Origin: a virus
Virus record (IMG/VR): IMGVR_UViG_3300043446_003177
Location: 96,001 to 160,000 of that record
Length of the DNA stretch: 64,000 bases
Direction: 5' to 3' (one strand)
Of the stretch, positions 63,950-64,000 are shown piece after piece (positions within the stretch are counted from its first letter, which is position 1; the number at the start of each line of letters is the position of its first letter). The translations under genes and the position numbers were made by a program. Under the pieces are notes generated by a model. That model saw only the letters and a list, made by a program, of their open reading frames with translations, did no database searches and was not told where the DNA came from.

Positions 63950-64000
63950 GGGGAATTAGCTCAGTTGGTAGAGCATCGCCTTTGCAAGGCGGGTGTCAGG
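63950..64000 (+). tRNA. tRNA-Ala(UGC), 3' truncated by the window end
   Basis: GGGGAAT acceptor strand, D arm TAGCTCAGTTGGTAGAGC, anticodon arm TCGCC-TTTGCAA-GGCGG. Confidence 0.88.

Noticed and set aside
1-64000. CRISPR array, rRNA, integrase/transposase, stop-codon reassignment
   Set aside because: No regularly spaced repeats or such genes seen by eye; TAA, TAG and TGA all end recognisable genes at expected positions.

Overview
A 64 kb, AT-rich, almost entirely + strand segment of a T4-like cyanomyovirus (Kyanoviridae-type) genome. It covers the virion module (a giant baseplate wedge gp7-like gene truncated by the window start, gp8, a 2475-aa DUF4815-type protein, gp13-gp23, gp3) and the recombination/replication module (uvsY, uvsW, gp55, gp47, gp46, gp45, gp44, gp62, regA, gp43, uvsX, gp41). 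Typical cyanophage accessory genes are present: NDP-sugar epimerase, a CobS/CobT-like MoxR-VWA pair, hsp20, 2OG-Fe(II) oxygenase, mazG, and a truncated tRNA-Ala. The most interesting signal is a dispersed family of accessory ORFs with T4 internal-protein capsid-targeting sequences (MKTFKEF-like) and/or repeated gp21-type [ILVM]-x-E sites separating short basic, often Cys-paired modules. These look like protease-matured, virion-packaged cargo polyproteins. One ends in a domain with T3 SAM-lyase motifs, suggesting an injected anti-restriction enzyme. Other candidates: an NblA-like ORF missing from the ORF track, a ROSE-like thermometer on hsp20, two short late structured RNAs next to regA and Sm-like genes, a perfect antisense sigma70 promoter sharing its -35 with the gp55 promoter, and a DUF4338/DruA-like gene splitting gp44 from gp62. 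All family calls are by eye and from memory; no searches were run.
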